Below are positions 38,418 through 48,348 of a DNA stretch of 64,000 nt, in pieces (positions within the stretch are counted from its first letter, which is position 1; every line of letters begins with the position of its first letter). The translations under genes were made by a program, and so were the position numbers. Under the pieces are notes generated by a model. The model worked only from the letters and a program-made list of their open reading frames with translations. It was not told the origin of the DNA and did not search any database. Origin of the DNA: an uncultured Desulfarculus sp. (GTDB lineage Bacteria > Desulfobacterota > Desulfarculia > Desulfarculales > Desulfarculaceae); assembly GCA_963665125.2 (NCBI GenBank), contig CAXXUK010000001.1:1568001-1632000 (forward strand), given 5' to 3'.

Positions 38418-39299
38418 ATGGCGCAGCTAAATACAAACCAGGATCCAAGCCCCATCGCCGCGGCGCTCTACGAAGCGGCGGCAAGGCAGGAAGACCGCCC
38501 CAGGCGCTACCTGGGCATGAGCCAGATAGGCGCCCCGTGTGACCGGGCTCTGTGGTACCAGTTCCGGCAGTATTCGCCCCTGCCCCTGGAAGGCCGGGTG
38601 AAGATGCTCTTCGAGCTGGGCAACTGGATCGAATTTCTGATCATCCGCGGGCTCATCGACAGCGGATATGAAGTCACCCACATAGACAGGCGCATTGCTT
38701 CGGTTCTGCGCCTGCTGGGCTATGACGTGGACGACAGCGGCCAGGAGGCCTTTTCGGACCTGAACGGCCTATTCTGCGGCCACTGTGACGGCCACGTCCA
38801 CGGCGTCACCAAGCGTGAGCACATCCTGGAGTGCAAGAGCGCCAACAGCAAGAAGTTCAAGGCGTTCCAGCAGTTCGGCACGCACAAGGTCTATCCCGTG
38901 TATTACTGCCAGTGTCAGCTCTACATGGGCTATTCCGGCCTGGATCGGGCCTTGGTGGTTGTCTACAACAAGGAAACGTCCGAGATTTTCACCGAGCGCA
39001 TCAGGTTCATCCGCTCCGACTTTGAAGCCCTGCGCCAGCGTGCCGAACACATCATCAGCGCCAACGAGACGCCGGCCCAGCCGTTTAAGCAGGACAGCTT
39101 TGATTGCCGGTACTGCGATTACCGGATTCTCTGCTATGCGCCGGATCAGCATTTTCAGAAGTGGCAGACCTGCGGATCATGCCGCCATCTGCTCTTTGAC
39201 GGCCTTTACCCCAGCTGCACCAACTTCAATGCCCTGATCACCGAATGGGGCCGCTCGGGCTGCACGGCTTGGCAGGCCAGGCAGGAGGTGCCCTTCTAA
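38418..39299 (+). CDS. Cas4-like PD-(D/E)xK exonuclease
   Basis: YLGMSQIGAPCDRALWY, GHCDG, LECKS, QCQLYM and CRYCDY..C. Confidence 0.85.
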   Translation: MAQLNTNQDPSPIAAALYEAAARQEDRPRRYLGMSQIGAPCDRALWYQFRQYSPLPLEGRVKMLFELGNWIEFLIIRGLIDSGYEVTHIDRRIASVLRLLGYDVDDSGQEAFSDLNGLFCGHCDGHVHGVTKREHILECKSANSKKFKAFQQFGTHKVYPVYYCQCQLYMGYSGLDRALVVVYNKETSEIFTERIRFIRSDFEALRQRAEHIISANETPAQPFKQDSFDCRYCDYRILCYAPDQHFQKWQTCGSCRHLLFDGLYPSCTNFNALITEWGRSGCTAWQARQEVPF

Positions 39300-39499
39300 T
39301 GGAACAGCTCAACAGGAACCAGATCAAGGCCGCCTGCGTCCAGCTGGGCATCATGTTTGACGTGAAGTATGCGGGCATTCTGACCACCATCAAAGGCACG
39401 GCGGAAGACTATTTGAACTTGGCGGGCAGGCACTTTGGCGGCGGGTACTTGGTGCCCTGCTGCCGTGGCTTCATGGTCTTTTGGAGGCTGGAGGATTAG
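39299..39499 (+). CDS. Phage hypothetical protein
   Basis: 66 aa; TAATG-coupled to the upstream gene. Confidence 0.55.
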   Translation: MEQLNRNQIKAACVQLGIMFDVKYAGILTTIKGTAEDYLNLAGRHFGGGYLVPCCRGFMVFWRLED

Positions 39500-41578
39500 T
39501 TGAGCGATAAGCTTGACATACTGCTCGAGTACCTGGACATGGGCCTGTCCATCATTCCGGTGGCGGCGGGCACCAAGATCCCGGCCAAGGGCTTCAAGTG
39601 GAGCCAGTACCAGCAGCGCCAACCCACGCCCGAAGAGGTAGAGGCATGGCACGAGGCCGCGCCTGATGCCAACTGGGCCATGGTCACGGGCGCGGTGTCC
39701 GGCTATTGGGCCTTGGACGCTGACGGTCAAGTAGGCCAGGAGACGCTGGCCCGCGGCGATTACCCGACCACCTCAGTTTACAACCACACGCCCAACAACG
39801 GCGTGCATGCTCTCTATCGGCTGCCCCGGGGCGCCCGGGTAAGCAACGGCGTAAAGGTGGCGCCCGGCCTGGACGTTCGCGGCGAAGGCGGCTACATCCT
39901 GATTCCGCCCAGCATCATCAGCGGCAAAGCTTATGCCTGGGAGTTCATCCAGGGTTTCAACGGCTGGGACGACGTGCCCGAGTGGACGCCCCCCAACGGC
40001 CTGCTCAGGGCCGCGGCTGTCAATGACAAGGGCATAGACCTCTCTGGCGTACAGCCCGCGGCAATGAGCCGTGACGCGGCCCAGGGCGAGCGCAACAGCT
40101 ACTTGGCGTCCATGGTCGGCCAGTGGCTGCGCAAGTTCGACGGCATCTGCCAGGAGGAATTGGAAGTCCTGGCCAAGGGCTGGAACCGGGAGCACTGCAG
40201 GCCGCCCCTGGGAGAGGCCGAAGTGCGTCTTGTGGTGCGCTCCATCTGGGGCAGGCATCACCAGGACATGGAAGAGGAAATCCAGGCTCAGATATATGTG
40301 CCGGACCAGACATCCACCGTCTTCCCGGAGCATTTGCTCAAACCAGGTGGCTTGCTGCAGTCGATCATGGACTACACGGCTGCGTCATCGGCTGCCAGTC
40401 ATCCGGTTTACAGCCTGGCCGGGGCCATATCGCTGTTGGGCACTGTGGCCGGCCAGCGCGTGCAGACGGAAACGGGCCTGCGCACCAACTTCTACAATAT
40501 TGCGGTGGGTTATTCCGGCTCGGGCAAGGATGCGCCGCATAGCGCGGCCCAGGCCCTCCTGGGCGCATCAAACACGCTAAGGCCCATGCTCGGGCCTCAT
40601 GATTTGCCCACGGCTCCCGCGGTGATCAACTGGCTGGCCACGCCCGAGCGGGCCATTACCCTGCTCACCATTGACGAGATAGGGCTCATCTTCAAGCGCA
40701 CGGGCAAGAGCGGCAACACCTGGGTTGAGGCTACGCCCCAGCTCTTGATGACGCTGTGGAGTTCCACCGATCGCGGCTATATCAAGGCCTATGCCGACAG
40801 CACCAACGACAAAAACATACGCTTCCATCATTTGAGCCTGTACGGCGCCACCACGCCCAGCAGGTTCTGGGAGGCTCTCAGCTCGGGTATGATGTCAGAC
40901 GGCTTTGCAGCCCGCATGCTGGCCTTCCAGAGCACCCACGCGCCCAGCCCGCCCCAGGAAGCGGCATACGGCGAGATCCCGCTCAAGCTGGTGGATGAGC
41001 TCGAGGCGATCGCCCGTTTGCTGCGCCTGGTTGAATACAGCGGCAACATGGACCGCCGGCCCAACCCCTACAAAATTCCCATGTCGGTGGATGCCAGGGA
41101 GATCGTCAACGACTGGACCGTGCAGCTCTACAAGATCATCGCAGATAACGCCCATGATGACGTGGCATCGGCAATGTATGGGCGCATGCGTGAGCACGCC
41201 CTCAAGTTGGCTCTGGTGCGGGCCGTCTCACGTTGCGGGCGGAAGGTGCCTGATGAGCTCATCGAGGCCGAAGACCTTGAATGGGCGATCGCCATGGTTG
41301 AGTACATCGTGCCCAACACCCTGGAGCAGGCCAGGGAGAACATAGCTGAGAGCGAGTTCGAGCGGCTGCAGAACAAGGTCAAGAGCATCGTCAGGAGGTG
41401 CATCGCCCCGGGACGGCCCGGCGCGACTCTGCGCGAAATATACAAGGCCCTGAAAACGACCAAGGACAACTGCGACAAGATCTTGGGGACTATGGTTGCG
41501 AGCGGCGTCCTGGTGAAGATCGAATACAAGCCGGACAGAGGACGTCCGTCTGAGCTCTTTTGCTTGGCGATCGGCTAA
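39500..41578 (+). CDS. Bifunctional primase-polymerase with PriCT and a C-terminal P-loop (DUF3987-like) domain
   Basis: ALDADG, TPNNGVHALY, DVRGEGGYILIPPS, GERN, GYSGSGKD and TIDEIG. Confidence 0.88.
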   Translation: MSDKLDILLEYLDMGLSIIPVAAGTKIPAKGFKWSQYQQRQPTPEEVEAWHEAAPDANWAMVTGAVSGYWALDADGQVGQETLARGDYPTTSVYNHTPNNGVHALYRLPRGARVSNGVKVAPGLDVRGEGGYILIPPSIISGKAYAWEFIQGFNGWDDVPEWTPPNGLLRAAAVNDKGIDLSGVQPAAMSRDAAQGERNSYLASMVGQWLRKFDGICQEELEVLAKGWNREHCRPPLGEAEVRLVVRSIWGRHHQDMEEEIQAQIYVPDQTSTVFPEHLLKPGGLLQSIMDYTAASSAASHPVYSLAGAISLLGTVAGQRVQTETGLRTNFYNIAVGYSGSGKDAPHSAAQALLGASNTLRPMLGPHDLPTAPAVINWLATPERAITLLTIDEIGLIFKRTGKSGNTWVEATPQLLMTLWSSTDRGYIKAYADSTNDKNIRFHHLSLYGATTPSRFWEALSSGMMSDGFAARMLAFQSTHAPSPPQEAAYGEIPLKLVDELEAIARLLRLVEYSGNMDRRPNPYKIPMSVDAREIVNDWTVQLYKIIADNAHDDVASAMYGRMREHALKLALVRAVSRCGRKVPDELIEAEDLEWAIAMVEYIVPNTLEQARENIAESEFERLQNKVKSIVRRCIAPGRPGATLREIYKALKTTKDNCDKILGTMVASGVLVKIEYKPDRGRPSELFCLAIG

Positions 41579-41581
41579 TTG

Positions 41582-41841
41582 TGTCCTTTCTGTCCCCAAC
41601 GCTGGGGACAGAAATCGAAAGAGGTAAGTTATTAATATTATTTTATATATAAATATATTTTTTATTTCTGTCCCTTTTGTCTCTCTATCAGTGTTTATCA
41701 ACTATTTACATCCTTCTTCCCACAGACAAGGGGGGTGGGGGACAGAAGGGACACAATTCAATTTCGCCGACCAACTGACCGAAAAAACAGCAAATCCAAG
41801 ATCGATTTGTGTCCCCCGGACATGGGGACACAAATGGGACA
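41582..41841. other. Candidate phage replication origin
   Basis: Eight GGGACA/TGTCCC hexamers in both orientations around an almost pure-AT tract (about 41626-41667), directly after the primase gene. Confidence 0.65.
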
Positions 41842-41848
41842 GATATCG

Positions 41849-42211
41849 ATGCAAATCCTAAAAGAACATGATCATCAGAAAGCGGTGTTTACCTGGGCCA
41901 TGGCCAACCGTGAGCAGTGGCCCGAGCTCAATCTGCTCTACGCCATACCCAACGAAGACAAACGCTCCGTGGAACGGGTGCGCAAGCTCAAAGCTCAAGG
42001 TATGCGCCCTGGTCTGCCGGATCTCTGCCTTCCCACGCCACGCGGTGATTTCCATGGCCTCTATATAGAACTAAAACGGCCAGGCGGCAAGCTCAGGCCG
42101 AATCAAGAGCTGTGGCTCAAGGCCTTGGCCGGCCAGGGATACATGACCGCCGTGTGCATTGGCGCCGATGAGGCCATAACCACCATCAAGGATTACTTGG
42201 ACGACTTATGA
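41849..42211 (+). CDS. VRR-NUC domain nuclease
   Basis: EHDHQ, YAIPN, GMRPGLPDL, YIELK and NQELW. Confidence 0.9.
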   Translation: MQILKEHDHQKAVFTWAMANREQWPELNLLYAIPNEDKRSVERVRKLKAQGMRPGLPDLCLPTPRGDFHGLYIELKRPGGKLRPNQELWLKALAGQGYMTAVCIGADEAITTIKDYLDDL

Positions 42212-42399
42212 GAAGACCAGGAAAAGACTTAGGCGTTGTATGGAGTCCGCGGTTTGGTGCGGTCTGTCCAAGCTGCGGTCAACGCAATGTCCCTCCCACA
42301 ACCACACGGAAGTGGGAGGGCTCATCGCGTATTAGATATCACAAATGCAAATGTGGCCGGCGGTTCAAGTCCGTTGAGGTTGACGTTTGGGCTGCTTAG
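42208..42399 (+). CDS. Small zinc-ribbon protein (NrdR N-terminal/Ogr-Delta-like), probable late regulator
   Basis: CPSCG..RIRYHKCKCGRRFKSVE. Confidence 0.7.
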   Translation: MRRPGKDLGVVWSPRFGAVCPSCGQRNVPPTTTRKWEGSSRIRYHKCKCGRRFKSVEVDVWAA

Positions 42400-43022
42400 G
42401 AACCGTCCCAAAGCCGACCGAAAACGGATATACCCGGTTGAGCGAGCTTGTCATCCCGTATTGGTAAAGGAACGTCTTGGAACCAATTGGCAAAGAAGTC
42501 ACACTTAACTTCTTTAGAGGTGTCAGTATAGTTTTTAAACCAGCCCGTGTAATCGTCACGATCAGCTGCGGTTAACATGGGAATAATGAACGTAAGGCCC
42601 AGATACTTTACGTTTACAAGGCCACCCTCCGTGGATTTAGCTACATCACCCACGGCTTTCTTGAGTGCACTGTTTATAACACCACTAAAATTATCACCCA
42701 CCTTTTCCCTTACTTGCTTCGCTTCTATCACATACTCCATTTCATTTGGATAAATCCAAAGGTCAACCCTGCCAAGCTTTTCAAAGTTTTTATCCTGATC
42801 CTCATCAGGCCTTTTTGTGGAGGAGTACTCTTCCAACGCGTGGAATCCAGACCTCCAAACGGCTCCCGCAAATGTCCCAACATTGGCGCGTTCATTGTAC
42901 CAATACAACGGATCGGTATTATTCCATTTATATGTTTGATGTATTTCGAACCAATTCTGAAAGATTGGTGCAAAATCTCGCATCAATGAGCCATCATTAA
43001 AGCCAATAGAAGTAAGCGCCAC
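42396..43022 (-). CDS. Antisense moron: PD-(D/E)xK nuclease-like protein
   Basis: YNERA..GRVDLW..VIEAKQ motif; lower GC than its neighbours. Confidence 0.6.
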   Translation of the reverse strand: MALTSIGFNDGSLMRDFAPIFQNWFEIHQTYKWNNTDPLYWYNERANVGTFAGAVWRSGFHALEEYSSTKRPDEDQDKNFEKLGRVDLWIYPNEMEYVIEAKQVREKVGDNFSGVINSALKKAVGDVAKSTEGGLVNVKYLGLTFIIPMLTAADRDDYTGWFKNYTDTSKEVKCDFFANWFQDVPLPIRDDKLAQPGISVFGRLWDGS

Positions 43023-43053
43023 CGTATCCCCCTTCCACTCTCAAAGAACTTAA

Positions 43054-43105
43054 TACTACATGTAGTACGAACCCTCTTTAGGCCGCGATCATTTTGCAGG
43101 ATACT
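43054..43105 (+). promoter_or_regulatory. Candidate activator-dependent late promoter 1
   Basis: Perfect palindrome TACTACATGTAGTA (43054-43067); GATACT at 43100. Confidence 0.55.
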
Positions 43106-43143
43106 CTTGTCAACGATAGGGAATCAAGATGAACGAGGTTTTT

Positions 43144-43533
43144 ATGCCCCAAGCGCCCCTAAAACCATGTGCTCATCCAGGTTGCCCCGAACTGGTTCGC
43201 GGGACGCCGTACTGTCAGCGCCATCAGGTATTGCATCAGAGCCGTATGAAGGCCGATCGCCGCAGATATGACAAGGCCAGAGGCACCGCGGCGCAACGTG
43301 GCTACGATGGGCGGTGGCAAAAGGCTCGCCAATGGTTTCTAAGACGCCATCCGGTTTGCGCCCGTTGCGGTCAACCGGCCACCGTGGTTGATCACATCAA
43401 GCCTCATCGCGGTGACAAAGGATTGTTCTGGGACACCTCCAACTGGCAGCCTCTGTGCAAGCGCTGCCACGACAAGAAGACGGCAAGTGAGGACCGACCG
43501 GCACAGGCCGGGGGCGGGTCCAAAGGTTATTGA
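43144..43533 (+). CDS. HNH endonuclease (terminase-associated, gp74-like)
   Basis: RGYDGRW, CARC..VDHIKPHRGD..NWQPLCKRCHDKKT. Confidence 0.93.
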   Translation: MPQAPLKPCAHPGCPELVRGTPYCQRHQVLHQSRMKADRRRYDKARGTAAQRGYDGRWQKARQWFLRRHPVCARCGQPATVVDHIKPHRGDKGLFWDTSNWQPLCKRCHDKKTASEDRPAQAGGGSKGY

Positions 43534-43601
43534 AATCATTGACAGACCGAGCGTGCATCTTTCCGTGCACGCTGTCAAAATTGAGAAGAAAAAGTGAAGC
43601 C

Positions 43602-44078
43602 ATGGCAAAGGGCCGAAAACGCACCCCGGATAACCTCAAATTGATCAAGGGAACCGCCCGAAAAGACAGGACGAACGCCAACGCGCCCGATCCGGCCAAA
43701 GAGCTGCCCGCGGCGCCGGCATTCCTGACCGATGAGGCCCTTGAGTGGTTCGATTTGATCAGCGATCGCCTGCAGCGCCTGGGCCTGGCTTCGGCCACCT
43801 TCACCGAGGTGATGACCATTTTGGCGTCCAGGCTGGCTGAGATGGAGGCTCTGGAAAAAGACATCGCTGAAAATGGCCGCTCCTACACTAGCGACACCCA
43901 GAACGGCTTCATCCACCGCCAGAGGCCCGAGGTGGCCATGCTCAACGAGGCCAGAAGGCACGCCCAGTCGCTGCTGGCCGAACTGGGGCTCACGCCCGCT
44001 TCCATTGGCAAGGTTTCCCTGGGCGACGGCAAGCAAAAGAGCAAAGACCCGTGGGAAGGCTTTGGCAATGGCGCCTGA
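43602..44078 (+). CDS. Terminase small subunit (P27-like)
   Basis: GRKRTP..LKLIKG and ELGLTPAS. Confidence 0.9.
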   Translation: MAKGRKRTPDNLKLIKGTARKDRTNANAPDPAKELPAAPAFLTDEALEWFDLISDRLQRLGLASATFTEVMTILASRLAEMEALEKDIAENGRSYTSDTQNGFIHRQRPEVAMLNEARRHAQSLLAELGLTPASIGKVSLGDGKQKSKDPWEGFGNGA

Positions 44079-45744
44079 GCGCTTTCCATACGTCAATAAG
44101 GCCAACCGCTATGCCCGCGATGTGGTTTCGGGCAAGATAGACGCATGCCTTTACGTGAAGCAGGCCTGCCAGCGCCACCTGGACGACCTGAGCAGGGAGA
44201 GCGAGCGCAACTACCGCTTCAAATTCGACCGCGAAAAGGGCAACCGCATCTGCCGGCTGGCCGAAAACATGCCCCACGTCAAGGGCCAGTGGCAGGGCTC
44301 GCTGATCCAGCTGCAACCGTGGCAGTGCTTCATGCTGGCCGTACTGTTCGGCTGGGTGCGCAAATCAGACGGCATGCGCCGCTTCAGGGAGATATATGCC
44401 GAGATCCCGCGCAAGAACGCCAAATCCACCTTAGCCGCGATCATCGGCTTGAACATGCTGGTGGCCGATGGCGAAGGCGGCGCAGAGGTCTACAGCGGAG
44501 CGACCAGTGAAAAGCAGGCCTGGGAGGTATTTCGCCCGGCAAAACTGATGGCTGAGAAGTCGCCGGGCTTTACCGGTCGCTTCGGCGTCAATGTCGCCGC
44601 CAAGAGCATTCACGTCATCCCCACCGCATCACGTTTTGAGCCGGTGGTGGGCAATCCCGGCGACGGATCAAGCCCGCACTGCGCCATCGTGGACGAATAC
44701 CACGAGCATAAGACCTCTGACCTGTACGACACCATGGTCACGGGCATGGGAGCCAGGGCACAACCAATGCGGGTTGTGATCACCACCGCGGGCACGGATC
44801 TGCGCGGGCCTTGCTATGCCAAACACGACGAGGCCGTCAAGGTGCTCAGCGGCCAGATGCAAAACGACGAGCTGTTCACGGTGATCTACACCATTGACGA
44901 GGATGACGATTGGGCCGACTTTTCGGTTTGGAAAAAGGCCAACCCCAACTTCGGCGTATCGGTGTTTGAGGACTTCCTGGCCGAACGGCACCGGGAAGCA
45001 ACCCAGCTGGCCCACAAGCAGAACATTCTGCGCTGCAAGCACCTGAACCAGTGGCTCAACGTGGATACGGCCTGGATGAACATGCTGGCCTGGAAGCAGG
45101 CCAAGAGCGATGTGCTCTTGGATCAGTTGGAGGGCCTGCCCTGCTACATCGCCATCGACCTGGCCAGCAAGACCGATATCGCGGGCATGGTCATGCTTGT
45201 GCAGCGGGATGGCGAGCTGTTCACCTTTGGCCGGTACTATCTGCCCGAAGAAACCATCAACAAACCGGACAACCAGCATTACCAGACCTGGCGGATCATG
45301 GACCGGATCATTGAGACGCCCGGCGCCATCATCGACTACGGCTACATCGAGGATGATCTCAAGGGCCTGCGTTCGCGGTTCGAGATCCGGGCCGTGGCCT
45401 ATGATCCGTTCCAGGCCACGCAGTTTTCCACGCGCATGGCCGCCGAAGGCTTTCCCATGATCGAGGTGGGCGCCACGGTACGCAATTTCTCGGAGCCCAT
45501 GAAGGAAGTGGAAGCGCGGATCCTGGCCAACACCCTGCACCACGACGGCTGCCCGGTGCTGACCTGGATGATGAGCAACGTGGTGGCCCACTACGACAAG
45601 AAAGACAACATCTTCCCCAACAAGGAGCGGGCAGCCAACAAAATTGACGGCGCCGTGGCCCTAATCATGGCCATGAACCGGGTGATGGCTACCGACCAAA
45701 AGGGGCCATCGGTCTACGAGACTAGAGGGATCTTTACGCTATGA
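44068..45744 (+). CDS. Terminase large subunit
   Basis: LQPWQ, PRKNAKS, VDEYH, ITTAG, KKANP, IDLA and KIDGAVA. Confidence 0.96.
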   Translation: MAPERFPYVNKANRYARDVVSGKIDACLYVKQACQRHLDDLSRESERNYRFKFDREKGNRICRLAENMPHVKGQWQGSLIQLQPWQCFMLAVLFGWVRKSDGMRRFREIYAEIPRKNAKSTLAAIIGLNMLVADGEGGAEVYSGATSEKQAWEVFRPAKLMAEKSPGFTGRFGVNVAAKSIHVIPTASRFEPVVGNPGDGSSPHCAIVDEYHEHKTSDLYDTMVTGMGARAQPMRVVITTAGTDLRGPCYAKHDEAVKVLSGQMQNDELFTVIYTIDEDDDWADFSVWKKANPNFGVSVFEDFLAERHREATQLAHKQNILRCKHLNQWLNVDTAWMNMLAWKQAKSDVLLDQLEGLPCYIAIDLASKTDIAGMVMLVQRDGELFTFGRYYLPEETINKPDNQHYQTWRIMDRIIETPGAIIDYGYIEDDLKGLRSRFEIRAVAYDPFQATQFSTRMAAEGFPMIEVGATVRNFSEPMKEVEARILANTLHHDGCPVLTWMMSNVVAHYDKKDNIFPNKERAANKIDGAVALIMAMNRVMATDQKGPSVYETRGIFTL

Positions 45745-45932
45745 GCGAACCGGCGATCATAGTGGACTACACGCCCAGGCTCAAGGCCGTGTGCCCGCGG
45801 TGCGGCAGCCCCAAGGCCCGGACTATCTACTGTGAGCCTTGGTTCAAGGGCGATAGTGTTTGGTTTCGCAAGCGGCGGCATGTTTGCCGGGAGTGCGGGA
45901 GTAAGTTTAATAGCTTGCAGGAGAGTATATGA
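45741..45932 (+). CDS. Second small zinc-ribbon protein (NrdR N-terminal-like)
   Basis: CPRCGS..RKRRHVCRECGSKFNSLQE; ATGA-coupled to terL. Confidence 0.72.
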   Translation: MSEPAIIVDYTPRLKAVCPRCGSPKARTIYCEPWFKGDSVWFRKRRHVCRECGSKFNSLQESI

Positions 45933-46084
45933 TAAAAGTAGAACAAATATGGTCAGAGTCCATAGCGAAGCCCAAAAAACCAAATTGGGACTGCGTTGTC
46001 CTACCATTTTATTATCTTGCGTTGGTTACCAATCAACGTTTCACAATTTTGCGAGACATATAACAGAGATGCCCACAATTTAAA

Positions 46085-47260
46085 TTAAGCTTTTTTTGGG
46101 GGTGCGGGATTAACATGGTCCAAAAAAACACTTTGCGCAATCACTACAAAATTCCAAATAAAATGGAGCAGTATAGCAAATAGAATTGAATCAGTTTCAC
46201 TATATGCCCAGCATACCATAACACTGAAAACAATATTATGAAAACCCCTAAACACAGTATGGGTTGCCATAAATGTAAAAGAATTAATTCCTATGGCTAA
46301 GAAATATCCAAACTCGGTTCCCGAAACATTAAGAAATCAATCAAACCCATTGAGAACAGGTATCCAGGCAAACGGCTGTATATGCACCACCGGCACCTCA
46401 CTCAATCCAGATGTCTGTAAAAACAAGAGCACTAGTAGATTAAAGAAAAACAGCCTAAAGACAAGTTCTTCAGCAATGGGAGCAACAAATACAGCTTTAA
46501 CATAAGAGACAACTATTTCTTTGCTGTACAATACGCGATGCCATTTCCAGCTCCTATTAGGCCGTATCAAGCTGTTTTTAATACCTCCAAATATCAACGA
46601 TAAAACAACGATAAACACTATAAATCTACGATTTTCAGCGACAACATTTCCAAATTCTCTAAATTCACTAATTATTGAGTAAACTGCGTCGCCTGTGAGC
46701 TGATGGATGACCTCAAGCGATACCACAATGATAATGATAATCCCGGCCAGCACATATGTTAGCCCTTGCCAAGGAATCTGCCTTAATATGTCAGCTAGCT
46801 TCCCTTCTGACTTGAACCATGTATATAAATTATAACATGCTATAAGAAGAAACCAAAGGAACGCAATACCGATTATAAGACTGGCAAACCCACCGACTCC
46901 TGCTGCGGCTAGATCTGTAACTATCACGGCCAATGCTTTATACAAACCGAAGCAATAAAGAAAAACTAAAAAGCAGCCGCCCCAGCTCCACTCCCACCCC
47001 TTATCAATTTCAGATTCGTCAAGGAGTATTTTGCTTTCTTCACAATATCGCTCAAGAGAGTATTTTTTTATGCAATGAAGCATGAAAAGGTGCGTAGCCT
47101 TAGCCTCACTATATTTATCGTTCAGCCCCTTTATTAATCCAGACTCGGCCTTCAGGCAACTAAGCACCTTCTCCTGCTCGGAAGCCGTAAGGTCATCTCT
47201 AAACCGTAAAGATTTGACATATGGCATTTTACCCCCCATGTTTTCGCAAACATATTTCAC
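46085..47260 (-). pseudogene. CPBP (CAAX/Abi) intramembrane protease moron with an in-frame TGA
   Basis: APIAEELVFR lies before the TGA at 46337-46339; FMATH and LLHFIWN lie after it in the same frame. Confidence 0.8.
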
Positions 47261-47496
47261 GCTGTACTGTATAGCATGCAGCTGTTGCTCTTGAGGTTAC
47301 AGCTTTCTGCAACACATAAAAGTCTAAATAATTTGAGCTGAACCTTCCCGGCATATCAGCCAGGCAACCGAACAAGACCAGTAAACAATGTGTTAATTTA
47401 AGACCATCGATTTTGCGATGCCAAAAGCACGATGTATATTACATCCCCCACACTACCAAGTCAGTATTGTATATGCTAATACCCGCAACCAACGCA

Positions 47497-48258
47497 TTAC
47501 TGCAGACCAAGCTTGTCAATCAGCGAATTACATCCGCTATTGAGCAAAATGGCTTTTTTATATTTTTGTCCATCATCTTCGTCTATAGAACTCACTTTTC
47601 TTATTCTATATTCAATAGAAGCTTCTCCTGGAGAAGTAATAATCACTGAGTTATCAGGTGGTATGTCTTGCCCCCCAACACGCAAAGTATCCATCTTGAA
47701 AGAACGTTTATCCTTTACAAAATAGCAATAAGTTGGAATTATTGCAAAATTTTCGTCGTTCGCCTGTTTGATAATGTTTGATGTGTAAAATGAATTGTTT
47801 TTTTTCAAGCAGAAAAAAATATTAGCCCGTGTATAAACTCCCTGATTAACATAAACTTCACCACTTATGACATCAGTTTTATTTTTCCAAACAGCTTCAG
47901 AATAATAGTGACCCTCATACAGTCCCCCTCCAACATAACGCACCGGTTTGAACTTGGGTTGTGATCCAACAATTTCTCTATAATTTCTCCGAATTGTAAA
48001 ATGATGCTCGCCAGGCTTAAAAGATATCATATTGTATGGAGCAAAAATATCTTCTCCATCAAACTCTTCTATAAATAACCCCCACCCCGGAACGGCATCA
48101 GTCGGAAGAATTGTAACTCTCTGGTCCATGGGTAGATTTTCCACTGACGAAGGTATGAACTTTGGGCCAGACATACACGATGCAGATGCCAATAATAATA
48201 TTGTCAGTATGAGGAAACTCAATTTATTCCATTTGAATGCAGCCATTTCAACCCCCAC
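47497..48258 (-). CDS. AT-rich moron lipoprotein
   Basis: Signal peptide with lipobox-like LASASC. Confidence 0.7.
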   Translation of the reverse strand: MGVEMAAFKWNKLSFLILTILLLASASCMSGPKFIPSSVENLPMDQRVTILPTDAVPGWGLFIEEFDGEDIFAPYNMISFKPGEHHFTIRRNYREIVGSQPKFKPVRYVGGGLYEGHYYSEAVWKNKTDVISGEVYVNQGVYTRANIFFCLKKNNSFYTSNIIKQANDENFAIIPTYCYFVKDKRSFKMDTLRVGGQDIPPDNSVIITSPGEASIEYRIRKVSSIDEDDGQKYKKAILLNSGCNSLIDKLGLQ

Positions 48259-48348
48259 AGTATTATTAGTTAGCTATACAAAAAGGCTATTGCCATCGAA
48301 AGAACCAATTTTAATAAATGACATTTCACCCTTTTTGACAGGTATTGT

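Noticed and set aside
38418..39299. Cas4-like gene as evidence of CRISPR-Cas
   Set aside because: It lies in the standard phage Sak4-SSB-helicase-nuclease module, with no cas1/cas2 or array.
46337..46339. Selenocysteine or genetic-code reassignment at the in-frame TGA
   Set aside because: No clear SECIS hairpin, TGA is used as a normal stop throughout the prophage, and the family has no catalytic Cys.
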